The translations under genes and the position numbers were made by a program. From positions 1 through 54,048 of the forward strand of contig DASZCA010000366.1 in the NCBI GenBank assembly GCA_035943555.1: DNA of 54,048 nucleotides. Reading direction: 5' to 3'. The notes beneath the pieces are model-generated. The model worked only from the letters and a program-made list of their open reading frames with translations. It searched no databases and was not told the DNA's origin. Positions 18,809 to 27,328 of the stretch are shown here, one piece after another (within the stretch, counting starts at the first letter, position 1; each line of letters begins with the position of its first letter). Source of the stretch: Verrucomicrobiia bacterium. GTDB lineage: Bacteria > Verrucomicrobiota > Verrucomicrobiia > Limisphaerales > UBA11358.

Positions 18809-21604
18809 ATGAAACTCAAAAAAACAATCATCTTGGCTGCGTCCTTTCTTGGCGCAGCGCTGACGTGCCCGGCCCAAGGCACGGCTTTCACCTATCAAGG
18901 CCGTTTAAACAACGGCGGCGCGCTGGCGAACGGCAGCTATGACATGGCGTTCACGCTCTATGCCACGAACGTGACGGGCAGCGCGATCGCCGGGCCGGTA
19001 ACGAACACGGCGGTGGCGGTGAGCAACGGCCTGTTCACGACCACGGTGGATCTGGGCGGTGCTTTTAACGGCACGAGCAACTGGTTGCAGATCGCCGTGA
19101 GCACGAACAGTGCGAATGTGTTCAGCACACTCACGCCCCGCCAGCGGCTGACGCCGGTGCCTTACGCGCTGTATTCCACCATGGCAGGCTATGCCACCAC
19201 CGCCGGCCTGGCCGCGAGTGTGCCGCCGGACAGCATCACGGCGGCCATGCTGGCGCCGGGCGCGGCCTCGGTGCTGGGCACGCCGAATGGAACGGCAACC
19301 AATGCGGTGACCGTCAATAACAACGGGCTGGTGGGCATCGGCACCGGATCCGCCACGCCGGCGGCGGGTTTGCAGATCAACTCCGGGGGCACTGAAGCCA
19401 TCTTGCCGGTGTTGTTTGAAGTGCAAAATGGCATCGGGGGATACACAAATATCAGTTCCGCAATCATGCCGGCCGTAAAAAATAATCTGCTGGCGGTCGC
19501 CGGCGGCGGCGGCATCACGTTGGTGAGCCTCACCAATCCGGCCGCACCGCAGTTGCTGGCACAATCGACGGGCAACGGGATTTTCACCAACCTCAACACC
19601 CCGACCGGCCTGGCCTGGGCCGGATCAAATCTGATCGTCGCCGCCCAATCATCCAGCGCGCTGACCATTTTCTCGTGCACGAATCCGGCCAATCCCGTGG
19701 CCATCGCGCAAGAACTGAACGGCGTAGGCGGCTGGAACTATTTGAGCGCGGCCTCGGGCGTGGCCGTTTCGGGCAATTTGCTGGCCGTCGCATCCGCGGG
19801 AAGCAGTGCGGTCACGCTGGGTGACGTTTCGACCCCGGCCGCGCCGGTGTTAAAAAGCACCATGGTGAACGGCACCTTTGGCTTCACCAACTTGGGCGGC
19901 TCATTTTCCGTGGCCCTGTCCGGCAACGTGCTGGCGATCGGCGCTTTTTATTCCAACGCGGTGACGTTGGTGAATGTCGCAGATCCGACGAATCCGCAGA
20001 AGCTGGCCGAGCTCCGCAACGGCGTGGGCGGGTTCACCAACCTGTCCGGGGTCTATGCGGTGGCGCTGTCCGGCAACTTGCTGGCCGTGGCGGGGGTCTA
20101 TAGCAGTGCGGTGACGCTGGTGGATGTGAGCAATCCGTCAAATCCGGTCAAGCTGTCGGAAATACGGGACGGTGTGGGCGGCTATTCCTTGCTTGAAGCA
20201 TTATCGGTGGCCATTTCCGGCAACCGGTTGATCATCGGCAGCCTGGGCGCCAACACGGTTACCTTGGTAGACATCAGCAATCCGGCCAACCCGGTCTTGA
20301 TGGCCACGGCCAGAAATGGCCTGAACGGCGCCAACTATCTGGTTTCACCGGAAGGTTTGGCGTTCGCCGGCACCAATTTTGTGTCCTGCGCCAGCTCCGG
20401 GGCTTTCACCATTTTTGGTGTCGCGACACAATCCGTGGGACTGGCCAGCGCGGGCTGGGTGGGAATCGGCACCACGCAACCGCAGGCGGCCTTGGACGTG
20501 GAGGGAGATGTCGTGGTGGAAAACGCGGCGCATTTCACGGCCAGCGCTCCTCAAGTGGCCATAGGTTTAAATGCCATCGCCGGCGGGTACCAATCCGCCG
20601 CGCTGGGTGATAACGCGGTGGCCAGCGGCACCAATTCACTGGCCTTGGGCGGCAACGCGCTGGCGAGCGGTACTTATTCAACGGCCCTGGGTTTCTATGC
20701 TGTCGCCTCTGGATTTGATTCCGACGCGTTTGGCACCTACGCCCAAGCCCTTGGCCAGCAATCCGCCGCAGTGGGCCATGCGACATCTGCCAGCGGCGAT
20801 TATTCGGTGGCCGTGGGCAACACGGCGTACGCACAGGCCGCCTCCGCCGTGGCCGTGGGCAGCGGCGTAACCGCCTCCGCCCTAGATTCCATGGCTTTCG
20901 GCGTCAACGCGAATGCGTTGGCAGAAAATGCCGCCGCGCTGGGTTATTTCGCGGCCGCAAGCAACACCAATGCCATGGCGCTGGGATGCCAGACATCGGC
21001 CAACGGCCAAAATGCAACGGCATTGGGATATTTTACAAAGGCGAACGGGGATAATTCCCTCGCGGCCGGATATTTCGCCAACGCCACCAACCGGGGTTCG
21101 ATTATTTTGGCCGATGGCACCGCCTTGGTGGCCTTCAATTCCACAAACAACAACGAGTTCGCCGTGCGCGCCACCGGGGGCGTGCGCCTGGTGACGGCGG
21201 TGGACGGCGGCGGCAATCCCACCGCCGGCGTAAAACTTTTCCCCGGCGGCACGGCTTGGGCCACCATTTCGGATCAGAACGCCAAGAAAAATTTCGTGCC
21301 GGTCAACTGCGCGGAAGTCCTGGACAAGCTCACGGCGGTCCCGATCCAGAAATGGAATTACAAATGGGAAGCCGATTCCAGCACGCCAAACATCGGTCCC
21401 ATGGCGCAGGCGTTCAAGGCCGCCTTCTATCCCGGCCGCGATGATAAATCCATCACCACGCTTGAATTTGACGGTGTGGAACTGGCGGCCATCGAGGGAC
21501 TGAATCAAAAACTGGAAGCGCAAAAAACCGAAAATGCGGCGTTAAAAGAACGCCTGGAGAAGCTGGAAGAATTCATCAACAAACGGACCGGAGGCGCCAA
21601 ATGA
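18809..21604 (+). CDS. Phage-tail-fibre-like secreted protein: conserved N-terminal fibre module, LVIVD-repeat beta-propeller, YadA-head (Hep_Hag)-like repeats, C-terminal peptidase S74 intramolecular-chaperone domain
   Basis: ATG 18809 gives MKLKKTIILAASFLGAALTCPAQG. TAFTYQGRLNNGGALANGSYDMAFTLY. LVIVD-like blades such as GNLLAVAGVYSSAVTLVDVSNPSNPVKL (~19480-20420). 7/14-residue repeats ALGDNAVASGTNSLALGGNALASGTYSTALG (~20560-21110). S74-like domain from SDQNAKKNF (21269), with a coiled-coil tail ENAALKERLEKLEEFI. Confidence 0.85.
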   Translation: MKLKKTIILAASFLGAALTCPAQGTAFTYQGRLNNGGALANGSYDMAFTLYATNVTGSAIAGPVTNTAVAVSNGLFTTTVDLGGAFNGTSNWLQIAVSTNSANVFSTLTPRQRLTPVPYALYSTMAGYATTAGLAASVPPDSITAAMLAPGAASVLGTPNGTATNAVTVNNNGLVGIGTGSATPAAGLQINSGGTEAILPVLFEVQNGIGGYTNISSAIMPAVKNNLLAVAGGGGITLVSLTNPAAPQLLAQSTGNGIFTNLNTPTGLAWAGSNLIVAAQSSSALTIFSCTNPANPVAIAQELNGVGGWNYLSAASGVAVSGNLLAVASAGSSAVTLGDVSTPAAPVLKSTMVNGTFGFTNLGGSFSVALSGNVLAIGAFYSNAVTLVNVADPTNPQKLAELRNGVGGFTNLSGVYAVALSGNLLAVAGVYSSAVTLVDVSNPSNPVKLSEIRDGVGGYSLLEALSVAISGNRLIIGSLGANTVTLVDISNPANPVLMATARNGLNGANYLVSPEGLAFAGTNFVSCASSGAFTIFGVATQSVGLASAGWVGIGTTQPQAALDVEGDVVVENAAHFTASAPQVAIGLNAIAGGYQSAALGDNAVASGTNSLALGGNALASGTYSTALGFYAVASGFDSDAFGTYAQALGQQSAAVGHATSASGDYSVAVGNTAYAQAASAVAVGSGVTASALDSMAFGVNANALAENAAALGYFAAASNTNAMALGCQTSANGQNATALGYFTKANGDNSLAAGYFANATNRGSIILADGTALVAFNSTNNNEFAVRATGGVRLVTAVDGGGNPTAGVKLFPGGTAWATISDQNAKKNFVPVNCAEVLDKLTAVPIQKWNYKWEADSSTPNIGPMAQAFKAAFYPGRDDKSITTLEFDGVELAAIEGLNQKLEAQKTENAALKERLEKLEEFINKRTGGAK

Positions 21605-22050
21605 AAAACCGCGCGTTCCTCGTTCTTATTGTCCTTCACTTCGTTTTCGGCTTCAGCTTGCGAAGCGTGGCGCAAAGCCATTCCATCGACTGGTACAAGG
21701 TCGCCGGAGGCGGCGGGACAAGCACCAACGGGCTGTATTCGCTGAGCGGGACCATCGGCCAACCGGATGCCGGCGGGGCGATGAGCGGCGGGAACTTTTC
21801 GGTGACGGGCGGTTTTTGGGCGCTCATCAATGTGGTGCAGACGCCGGGGGCGCCGCCTTTGTACATCAGCCACAGCGGCAACGTGGTAACGGTGTATTGG
21901 CAGAATCTTGGCAGCTGGACATTGCAACAAAATGGCAGCCTCACGGTTCCGCCGGGCTGGAACAACAGCAGCGGCGTCAACCTGATCGGTGGCACCAACT
22001 ATCTGGCGATCACCAATCCGGCGGGCACGCAGTTTTTTCGGTTGAAATAA
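21601..22050 (+). CDS. Small secreted protein (149 aa): Gly-rich GTIGQPDAG...GGFW motif plus the shared C-terminal module
   Basis: ATGA overlap with the tail-fibre-like gene (21601-21604). Signal MKNRAFLVLIVLHFVFGFSLRSVAQ. GGGGTSTNGLYSLSGTIGQPDAGGAMSGGNFSVTGGFWAL. Ends in TQFFRLK*. Confidence 0.7.
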   Translation: MKNRAFLVLIVLHFVFGFSLRSVAQSHSIDWYKVAGGGGTSTNGLYSLSGTIGQPDAGGAMSGGNFSVTGGFWALINVVQTPGAPPLYISHSGNVVTVYWQNLGSWTLQQNGSLTVPPGWNNSSGVNLIGGTNYLAITNPAGTQFFRLK

Positions 22051-22063
22051 CCAGCCAAACAGA

Positions 22064-24601
22064 ATGACTTCCTTCAAAAAGGAGCCGGGTTTTTGGCAAA
22101 ATTCAAGCGGTGACGACGCGCATGATGTACACTGCGCGGTGCAAATCCGGCGTTTGAAAAAAAGCCTGTCTCTCGGTGTTCTTTTTCTGCTGCCCATGCT
22201 GCTGCTGGCCGGGCCAACGAATGCCATTCTTTTTGTCACGCAACTTCCGGTGCCGGAAGATTTCACGACCGTCGGGTCGGTTTTCGGGAATCAATTGCCG
22301 GATCTGGATTCGTGCGGACGGGGTGGCGATCTTTATATCCGTTATCCGGACGGTTCGGTGAAAAATCTTACGCTGGCGGCGGGCTACGGCCAGACGGGTT
22401 TGCAGACGACGAACGCCATCGCCGTGCGGCAACCATCCGTGTTTTGGGATGGCACGAGGGCGGTTTTCAGCATGGTCATCGGCGCGCCGGAGCATCAATT
22501 CGATTATTCCTCCAACCCGGTGTGGCAATTGTATGAAGTCACCAACTTCACCGATCCCAATGCGCTGCCGGTGATCACGAAGGTGCCGAACCAGCCGACG
22601 AATTTTAACAATATCTCGCCTATCTACGGTTCGGATGACCGGATCATCTTTGCCAGCGACCGGCCGCGCAGCGGGCAGATGAACCTGTATCCGCAACTGG
22701 ATGAATATGAGGAGGCGCCGACGGTCACCGGGTTGTGGAGCTTGCAGCCGACGAACGGTGACCTGTTCCTGATCAATCATTCACCGAGCGGCTCATTCTC
22801 GCCGCAGATCGACAGCGCGGGGCGCATCGTGTTCTCGCGCTGGGACCATTTACAACGCGACCAGCAGGCAGACACGGACTGGTATGAGGGCAGTGATGTT
22901 TATGGCACTTTTAATTGGAGCGATGAATCCGCCAATTCCGTGATGACGACGAACCAGACCGAGGTGTTTCCCGAGCCGCGCAACGTCCGCACGGATCTGC
23001 TGGCGGGCACGGGGTTGTCTGGCGAAGATTTTAACCAGTTTTTCCCGTGGGCGATCGACCAGGACGGGACGGACGAGGAAACGGTGAACCACATCGGCCG
23101 GCACGAAATCGGCGGCAGCTATCTCAACGCGGCCTACACAAACGATCCGAACATCCAGGACCGGTATGATTTCGCCATCAATTACAATACGAACACGGTG
23201 GAGAATTTTCTGATGATCCACGAAGACCCGCACACCCCAGGATTGTATTATGGCATCGACGCGCCGGAGTTCGGCACGCACAGCGGCGGGCAGCTTGTTT
23301 CGCTGACGGGCGCGACGAACATCAACGCGTTCTACATGCGCATCAATTATCTTACGCCGCGCTCGACGCATACCTATGCCGATTCGTACACGAACATTCC
23401 GCCCGATCACACCGGATTTTATCGTAATCCGCTGATGACTTCGGACGGCTACATGATCGCCGCGCACACGTCTTATGCTCTATATGCGGAGAATACCGGC
23501 ACAGACACCAACCCGGCCACACCGTATCATTTTCGGATCAAAATTTTGAATTTCACCAACGGCTTTTACGTGCCGGGCCAGCCGCTGACACCGGGATTCA
23601 TCAAGACGGTTTCGTATTGGACCCCGGATGAGCTGATCGAAGAAACCAACCAGTTATGGGAGTTGGATCCGGTGGAAGTGATTGCGCGCCCGCGACCCGT
23701 ACCATTCACGGTGCCGGTGCCGCAGCCGGAGCTGGATGCATTCGCCACGGCCAAGGTGGATGTGCAGCAATTTCAAAATTATCTCCGCACGCATCAGCTT
23801 GCGCTGCTCGTCAGCCGGGATGTGACCACGCGCGATGAAGCCGACCAGCAACAGCCGTTCAACCTGCAAGTCGCGGGCACGAGCCATTTGACGACCGGGG
23901 CGGGCGGAAAAATTTATGACATCGCGTGGCAGCAATTTTTCCAGGCCGACCAGTTGCGCAGTGAAAACTTTGGCGATCCGGGCAATCCGCGCGAAGGGCG
24001 GCGCGTGCTGGCGCAATATCTGCCCGATCCGGCGGTGGACAATCCGCCAGCGGCGGCGCTATCCAGCGTGCGCATCGGCGCGGACGGCTCGACGGCGGCG
24101 CTGGTGCCGGCGCGGCGGGCGATGACATGGCAGCTTACTGACACGAACAACGTGGGCGTGGTGCGCGAGCGTTATTGGCTAAGTTTTGCGCCGGGTGAAA
24201 TCCGTTCATGCACCAGCTGTCACGGCATCAACGTCGCGACGCAAGCCGGGCATCCCGCGCCGACGAACATGCCGCTCGCACTGGTAAGCCTGTTGAATTA
24301 TTGGAAGACGGCCACGAAGATCCAGCCCGACGTGGTGACAAATCTGGGAACGAAATATTTTCAAATCACCTTTCAACGCCATTCGGTGGAACCGGGGGTG
24401 ACGTATCATGTGCAATCTTCGACGAACATGGTGACGTGGTCTGACATCGCGACGTATGCGGGTTCGAATACCGTGATCAACGCGGGGGCGATGGATGTTT
24501 CCGGCAGCGGATCGACAAATGGATGTGTGACAGTACGCGAAACGACGAAGATTAATGGGGCGACGGCGAAATTTTTAAGGGTGAGCGTGACGCAGCCGTA
24601 G
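22064..24601 (+). CDS. Secreted propeller-like (TolB/PD40-like by motif) protein with a single CxxCH motif and the shared C-terminal module
   Basis: 845 aa from ATG 22064. Alternative GTG 22139 gives a clean signal (M)QIRRLKKSLSLGVLFLLPMLLLAGPTNA. PD40-like strands RIIFASDRP and RIVFSRWDH. SCTSCHGINVATQAGHPAP. C-terminus VTYHVQSSTNMVTWSDI...AKFLRVSVTQP*. Confidence 0.75.
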   Translation: MTSFKKEPGFWQNSSGDDAHDVHCAVQIRRLKKSLSLGVLFLLPMLLLAGPTNAILFVTQLPVPEDFTTVGSVFGNQLPDLDSCGRGGDLYIRYPDGSVKNLTLAAGYGQTGLQTTNAIAVRQPSVFWDGTRAVFSMVIGAPEHQFDYSSNPVWQLYEVTNFTDPNALPVITKVPNQPTNFNNISPIYGSDDRIIFASDRPRSGQMNLYPQLDEYEEAPTVTGLWSLQPTNGDLFLINHSPSGSFSPQIDSAGRIVFSRWDHLQRDQQADTDWYEGSDVYGTFNWSDESANSVMTTNQTEVFPEPRNVRTDLLAGTGLSGEDFNQFFPWAIDQDGTDEETVNHIGRHEIGGSYLNAAYTNDPNIQDRYDFAINYNTNTVENFLMIHEDPHTPGLYYGIDAPEFGTHSGGQLVSLTGATNINAFYMRINYLTPRSTHTYADSYTNIPPDHTGFYRNPLMTSDGYMIAAHTSYALYAENTGTDTNPATPYHFRIKILNFTNGFYVPGQPLTPGFIKTVSYWTPDELIEETNQLWELDPVEVIARPRPVPFTVPVPQPELDAFATAKVDVQQFQNYLRTHQLALLVSRDVTTRDEADQQQPFNLQVAGTSHLTTGAGGKIYDIAWQQFFQADQLRSENFGDPGNPREGRRVLAQYLPDPAVDNPPAAALSSVRIGADGSTAALVPARRAMTWQLTDTNNVGVVRERYWLSFAPGEIRSCTSCHGINVATQAGHPAPTNMPLALVSLLNYWKTATKIQPDVVTNLGTKYFQITFQRHSVEPGVTYHVQSSTNMVTWSDIATYAGSNTVINAGAMDVSGSGSTNGCVTVRETTKINGATAKFLRVSVTQP

Positions 24602-25015
24602 GCCACGCGCTGCGGCTGGTCCCCTTCTCCCCAACACAGCCGCCGCCCATTGAGTCGACGGTATTAGAAGAGTCTCTACAGCTCTGCACCCTATCGGCGC
24701 CCGACCGAAGCACCACTCTATGAGATGTGGCGGGCATTTTCTAAAAGGATTGCCAAATTCCTTTAAACACATCGGTTTCATGGCGAACTGCCTGAAAAAA
24801 TGATTTTTGCGTGCATTTTGCACGGAGAAATCGTGAAAAAATGGCGCGTTCGTGCTTAAAACTTCGGAAATGGGGGGTGGCATGTAAGGAGCTAAGTACA
24901 TTTCGAAGCGAACGGACAGGTTGAGAGGCTCAACATCATTCAAACCTCCTGAACCATAAAGGCCGATGACCTGCCCGCTGCTTCCAAATTTTTAAAACTA
25001 AAACACGAAAATTTT

Positions 25016-25138
25016 ATGCACGCCTTATTTGATCCCATGCTCGGAGCGATCGGGTATTCCCTGATTTACCTGCTGTTCGGCGGCGGTCTCGGCGGGGCGG
25101 TATTTATTTTCATCATCGCCAAAATGTTTGGCAAATGA
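25016..25138 (+). CDS. Possible 40-aa small membrane protein
   Basis: Below the ORF-track size cutoff. ATG 25016 gives MHALFDPMLGAIGYSLIYLLFGGGLGGAVFIFIIAKMFGK*. One Gly-rich TM helix. 42 nt upstream of the BON gene. No clear SD. Confidence 0.3.
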   Translation: MHALFDPMLGAIGYSLIYLLFGGGLGGAVFIFIIAKMFGK

Positions 25139-25180
25139 GCCGAGTTCACTGACAACCAAAAACAACTGAAAACAAACCAT

Positions 25181-25516
25181 ATGAAAACATCACATAACCT
25201 CCCGAAAATCCTCACCCTGGCCCTCTGCGTGGCGGCCTTGCCGGTGATCACCTTCACCACCGGCTGCGCCGGCGACCGTTATCACCAGAGCACGGGCGAG
25301 GCGATCGATGACCACGCCATCTCGATGCGCGTGAAGAGCGCCTTGGGCAATGACAATGAATACAAGTACGAGGGCGTTTCCGTGACGACCTTCAAAGGCA
25401 CCGTGCAACTGAGCGGTTTCGTGGATACGCATGCGCAAAAGAGCAAGGCGGCCACGATCGCGAAGGGTGTCGAAGGCGTGCGCGATGTGGAAAACAACAT
25501 CACGGTCAAGGACTGA
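25181..25516 (+). CDS. BON domain lipoprotein (OsmY-like)
   Basis: 111 aa. Lipobox ITFTTGC. BON core VSVTTFKGTVQLSGFVDTHAQKSKAATIAKGVEGVRDVENNITV. Confidence 0.9.
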   Translation: MKTSHNLPKILTLALCVAALPVITFTTGCAGDRYHQSTGEAIDDHAISMRVKSALGNDNEYKYEGVSVTTFKGTVQLSGFVDTHAQKSKAATIAKGVEGVRDVENNITVKD

Positions 25517-25578
25517 ACCCATTGTTGAGTTGAAGCAGGCGGGGATGACCCGCCTGCTTCATCCAACTCCAAAAATTT

Positions 25579-25776
25579 ATGTCACTCATCTCCCTCGTCG
25601 TGACGTTGATCGTCGTCGGCGTTCTGCTGTGGCTGGTGAACACGTACATCCCGATGGATGGCAAGATCAAACAGATTTTGAACATCGTCGTGGTCATCTG
25701 CGTCGTGATCTGGTTGCTGTATGCCTTCGGCATCATCAGCCATGCGGATACGATCCGTGTGCCACAGGTACATTAA
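25579..25776 (+). CDS. Small two-TM membrane protein (resembles the Thivi_2564-type small membrane protein family)
   Basis: 65 aa. MSLISLVVTLIVVGVLLWLVNTYIPMDGKIKQILNIVVVICVVIWLLYAFGI. The family match is recalled from memory and was not searched. Confidence 0.7.
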   Translation: MSLISLVVTLIVVGVLLWLVNTYIPMDGKIKQILNIVVVICVVIWLLYAFGIISHADTIRVPQVH

Positions 25777-25795
25777 ACAAAGCTGACAGGGGCGG

Positions 25796-25818
25796 GGTCG
25801 CGGCGGGCTGCCGCGACC
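25796..25818 (+). terminator. GC-rich hairpin after the small membrane protein gene (possible terminator, no clear U-tract)
   Basis: GGTCGCGGC-gggct-GCCGCGACC: perfect 9-bp stem with a 5-nt loop, 20 nt after the stop. The following sequence is gggaaggcgggatttcatttcc. Confidence 0.35.
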
Positions 25819-26061
25819 GGGAAGGCGGGATTTCATTTCCATCAGGGTTCTTTTCTTCAAATTCTTATTTTTCGCGGTAAAAGAAGTTATCGATTCATAA
25901 AACTGCATAGCTTCGTTCCTGGGGCGTTGCCCCAGTCTGGCATGGGTCGCGCTGTGGGCGCTTGAAGGGGGCAATGAATTTGCGCTTTCGGGAATCTAAG
26001 GAATATTGCAGGGCTTTTATTTTGAGGCCGGCCGATCGTCAGCCCACCTATTTACACACCT

Positions 26062-27048
26062 ATGAAACAACGAAAACTGGGAACGCAGGGATTGACGGTA
26101 TCGGCTCTTGGCCTTGGTTGCATGGGCATGTCGGAATTTTACGGAGTCAAAGACGACCAGGAATCCGTGGCGACGATCCACCGGGCGCTCGATCTGGGCA
26201 TCAACTTTCTCGATACGGCGGACATGTACGGCTGTGGGGAGAATGAAATATTGGTGGGCCGGGCCATCAAGGACCGACGGGCAGAAGTGATTTTGGCGAC
26301 CAAGTTCGGCAATGTGCGGGATGCGCAGGGAAAATTTATGGGCGTGAACGGCCGCCCGGAATATGTACGCGCGTCTTGTGACAGCAGTTTGCAGCGGCTG
26401 GGGGTGGAGCAGATCGACTTGTATTACCAGCACCGCGTGGACCCGGCGGTCCCAATCGAGGAAACGGTGGGGACGATGGCGGAACTGGTTCGTTCGGGCA
26501 AGGTGCGGTTCCTGGGTCTTTCAGAAGCCGCCCCGGCGACAATCCGGCGGGCGGCGAAGGTGCATCCGATCAGCGCCCTGCAGACGGAATATTCTTTGTG
26601 GTCGCGCGATGTTGAGGCCGAAATTTTAGCAACGTGCCGGGAACTGGGCATCGGCTTTGTCCCTTACAGCCCGCTGGGACGCGGATTCTTGACGGGAAAA
26701 ATTCAAAAAGCGGACGATCTGCCGACAAACGATTGGCGACGGAACGGCCCGCGCTTTCAGGGAGAAAATTTAACGCAAAACCTGGCGTTGGTGCGCCGCT
26801 TGGAAGCGTTGGCGCAGAAACACAAGTGCAAGCCAGCACAACTGGCGCTGGCGTGGGTTCTGGCGCAAGGTGAAGACATCGTACCGATCCCCGGAACTAA
26901 ACGGCGGACGTATCTGGAGGAAAACGCGGGGGCGGTGAAGATTGAACTCTCCCCGGCTGACCTGGCGGATTTGAATGAGGTGGCGCCGGCGGAGGGGATT
27001 GCGGGAGCGCGTTATCCGGCGGCGAGCATGGCGGCGGTGAACAGGTAG
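26062..27048 (+). CDS. Aldo/keto reductase
   Basis: 328 aa. [53 protein letters not shown]-like [23 protein letters not shown]. Confidence 0.95.
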   Translation: MKQRKLGTQGLTVSALGLGCMGMSEFYGVKDDQESVATIHRALDLGINFLDTADMYGCGENEILVGRAIKDRRAEVILATKFGNVRDAQGKFMGVNGRPEYVRASCDSSLQRLGVEQIDLYYQHRVDPAVPIEETVGTMAELVRSGKVRFLGLSEAAPATIRRAAKVHPISALQTEYSLWSRDVEAEILATCRELGIGFVPYSPLGRGFLTGKIQKADDLPTNDWRRNGPRFQGENLTQNLALVRRLEALAQKHKCKPAQLALAWVLAQGEDIVPIPGTKRRTYLEENAGAVKIELSPADLADLNEVAPAEGIAGARYPAASMAAVNR

Positions 27049-27301
27049 TTGATGGTTGAGAGGGGCGGCAGCCGGTAGATCTCTGCCATGCGCAGTGGGA
27101 TTGGCTGATCCGAGCAATATTTTAAACGAGGAATATGCCGCCCCATACGGGGGCTGGAGATTTTAATTAAATTGGTTTCTACAAAGATGACGTACCTACG
27201 GTACTGAAGCAGGAAATTGGCCGGCAAAAATCGCGTGGCTATTCGTCAGTTTCCATCCGCCGGGCTTCCGCCTTCGCTGCGCCATGGCGCGACAGGGAGC
27301 A

Positions 27302-27328
27302 TCCTCCTTCGCCAAAGCTACGGGAGGA
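27302..27328 (+). promoter_or_regulatory. Hairpin able to sequester the Shine-Dalgarno sequence of the 27335 ORF
   Basis: TCCTCC (27302-27307) is the exact reverse complement of GGAGGA (27323-27328). The GGAGGA lies 6 nt upstream of ATG 27335. The loop is 15 nt. Confidence 0.3.

Noticed and set aside
18809-21604. A prophage or phage-tail-like particle, suggested by the tail-fibre/S74 gene.
   Set aside because: No capsid, terminase, portal, sheath, tube, baseplate, integrase or lysis genes occur anywhere in the 54 kb. The flanking genes are a two-component system and secreted repeat proteins.
24878-24892. A sigma-54-type promoter, TGGCATG-N4-GAGC, upstream of the small-protein/BON cluster.
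   Set aside because: The GG/GC spacing fits, but the -12 element is GAGC rather than TTGC. There is no enhancer-binding protein gene in the window. It lies ~125 nt from the first ORF. The evidence is too weak to call.
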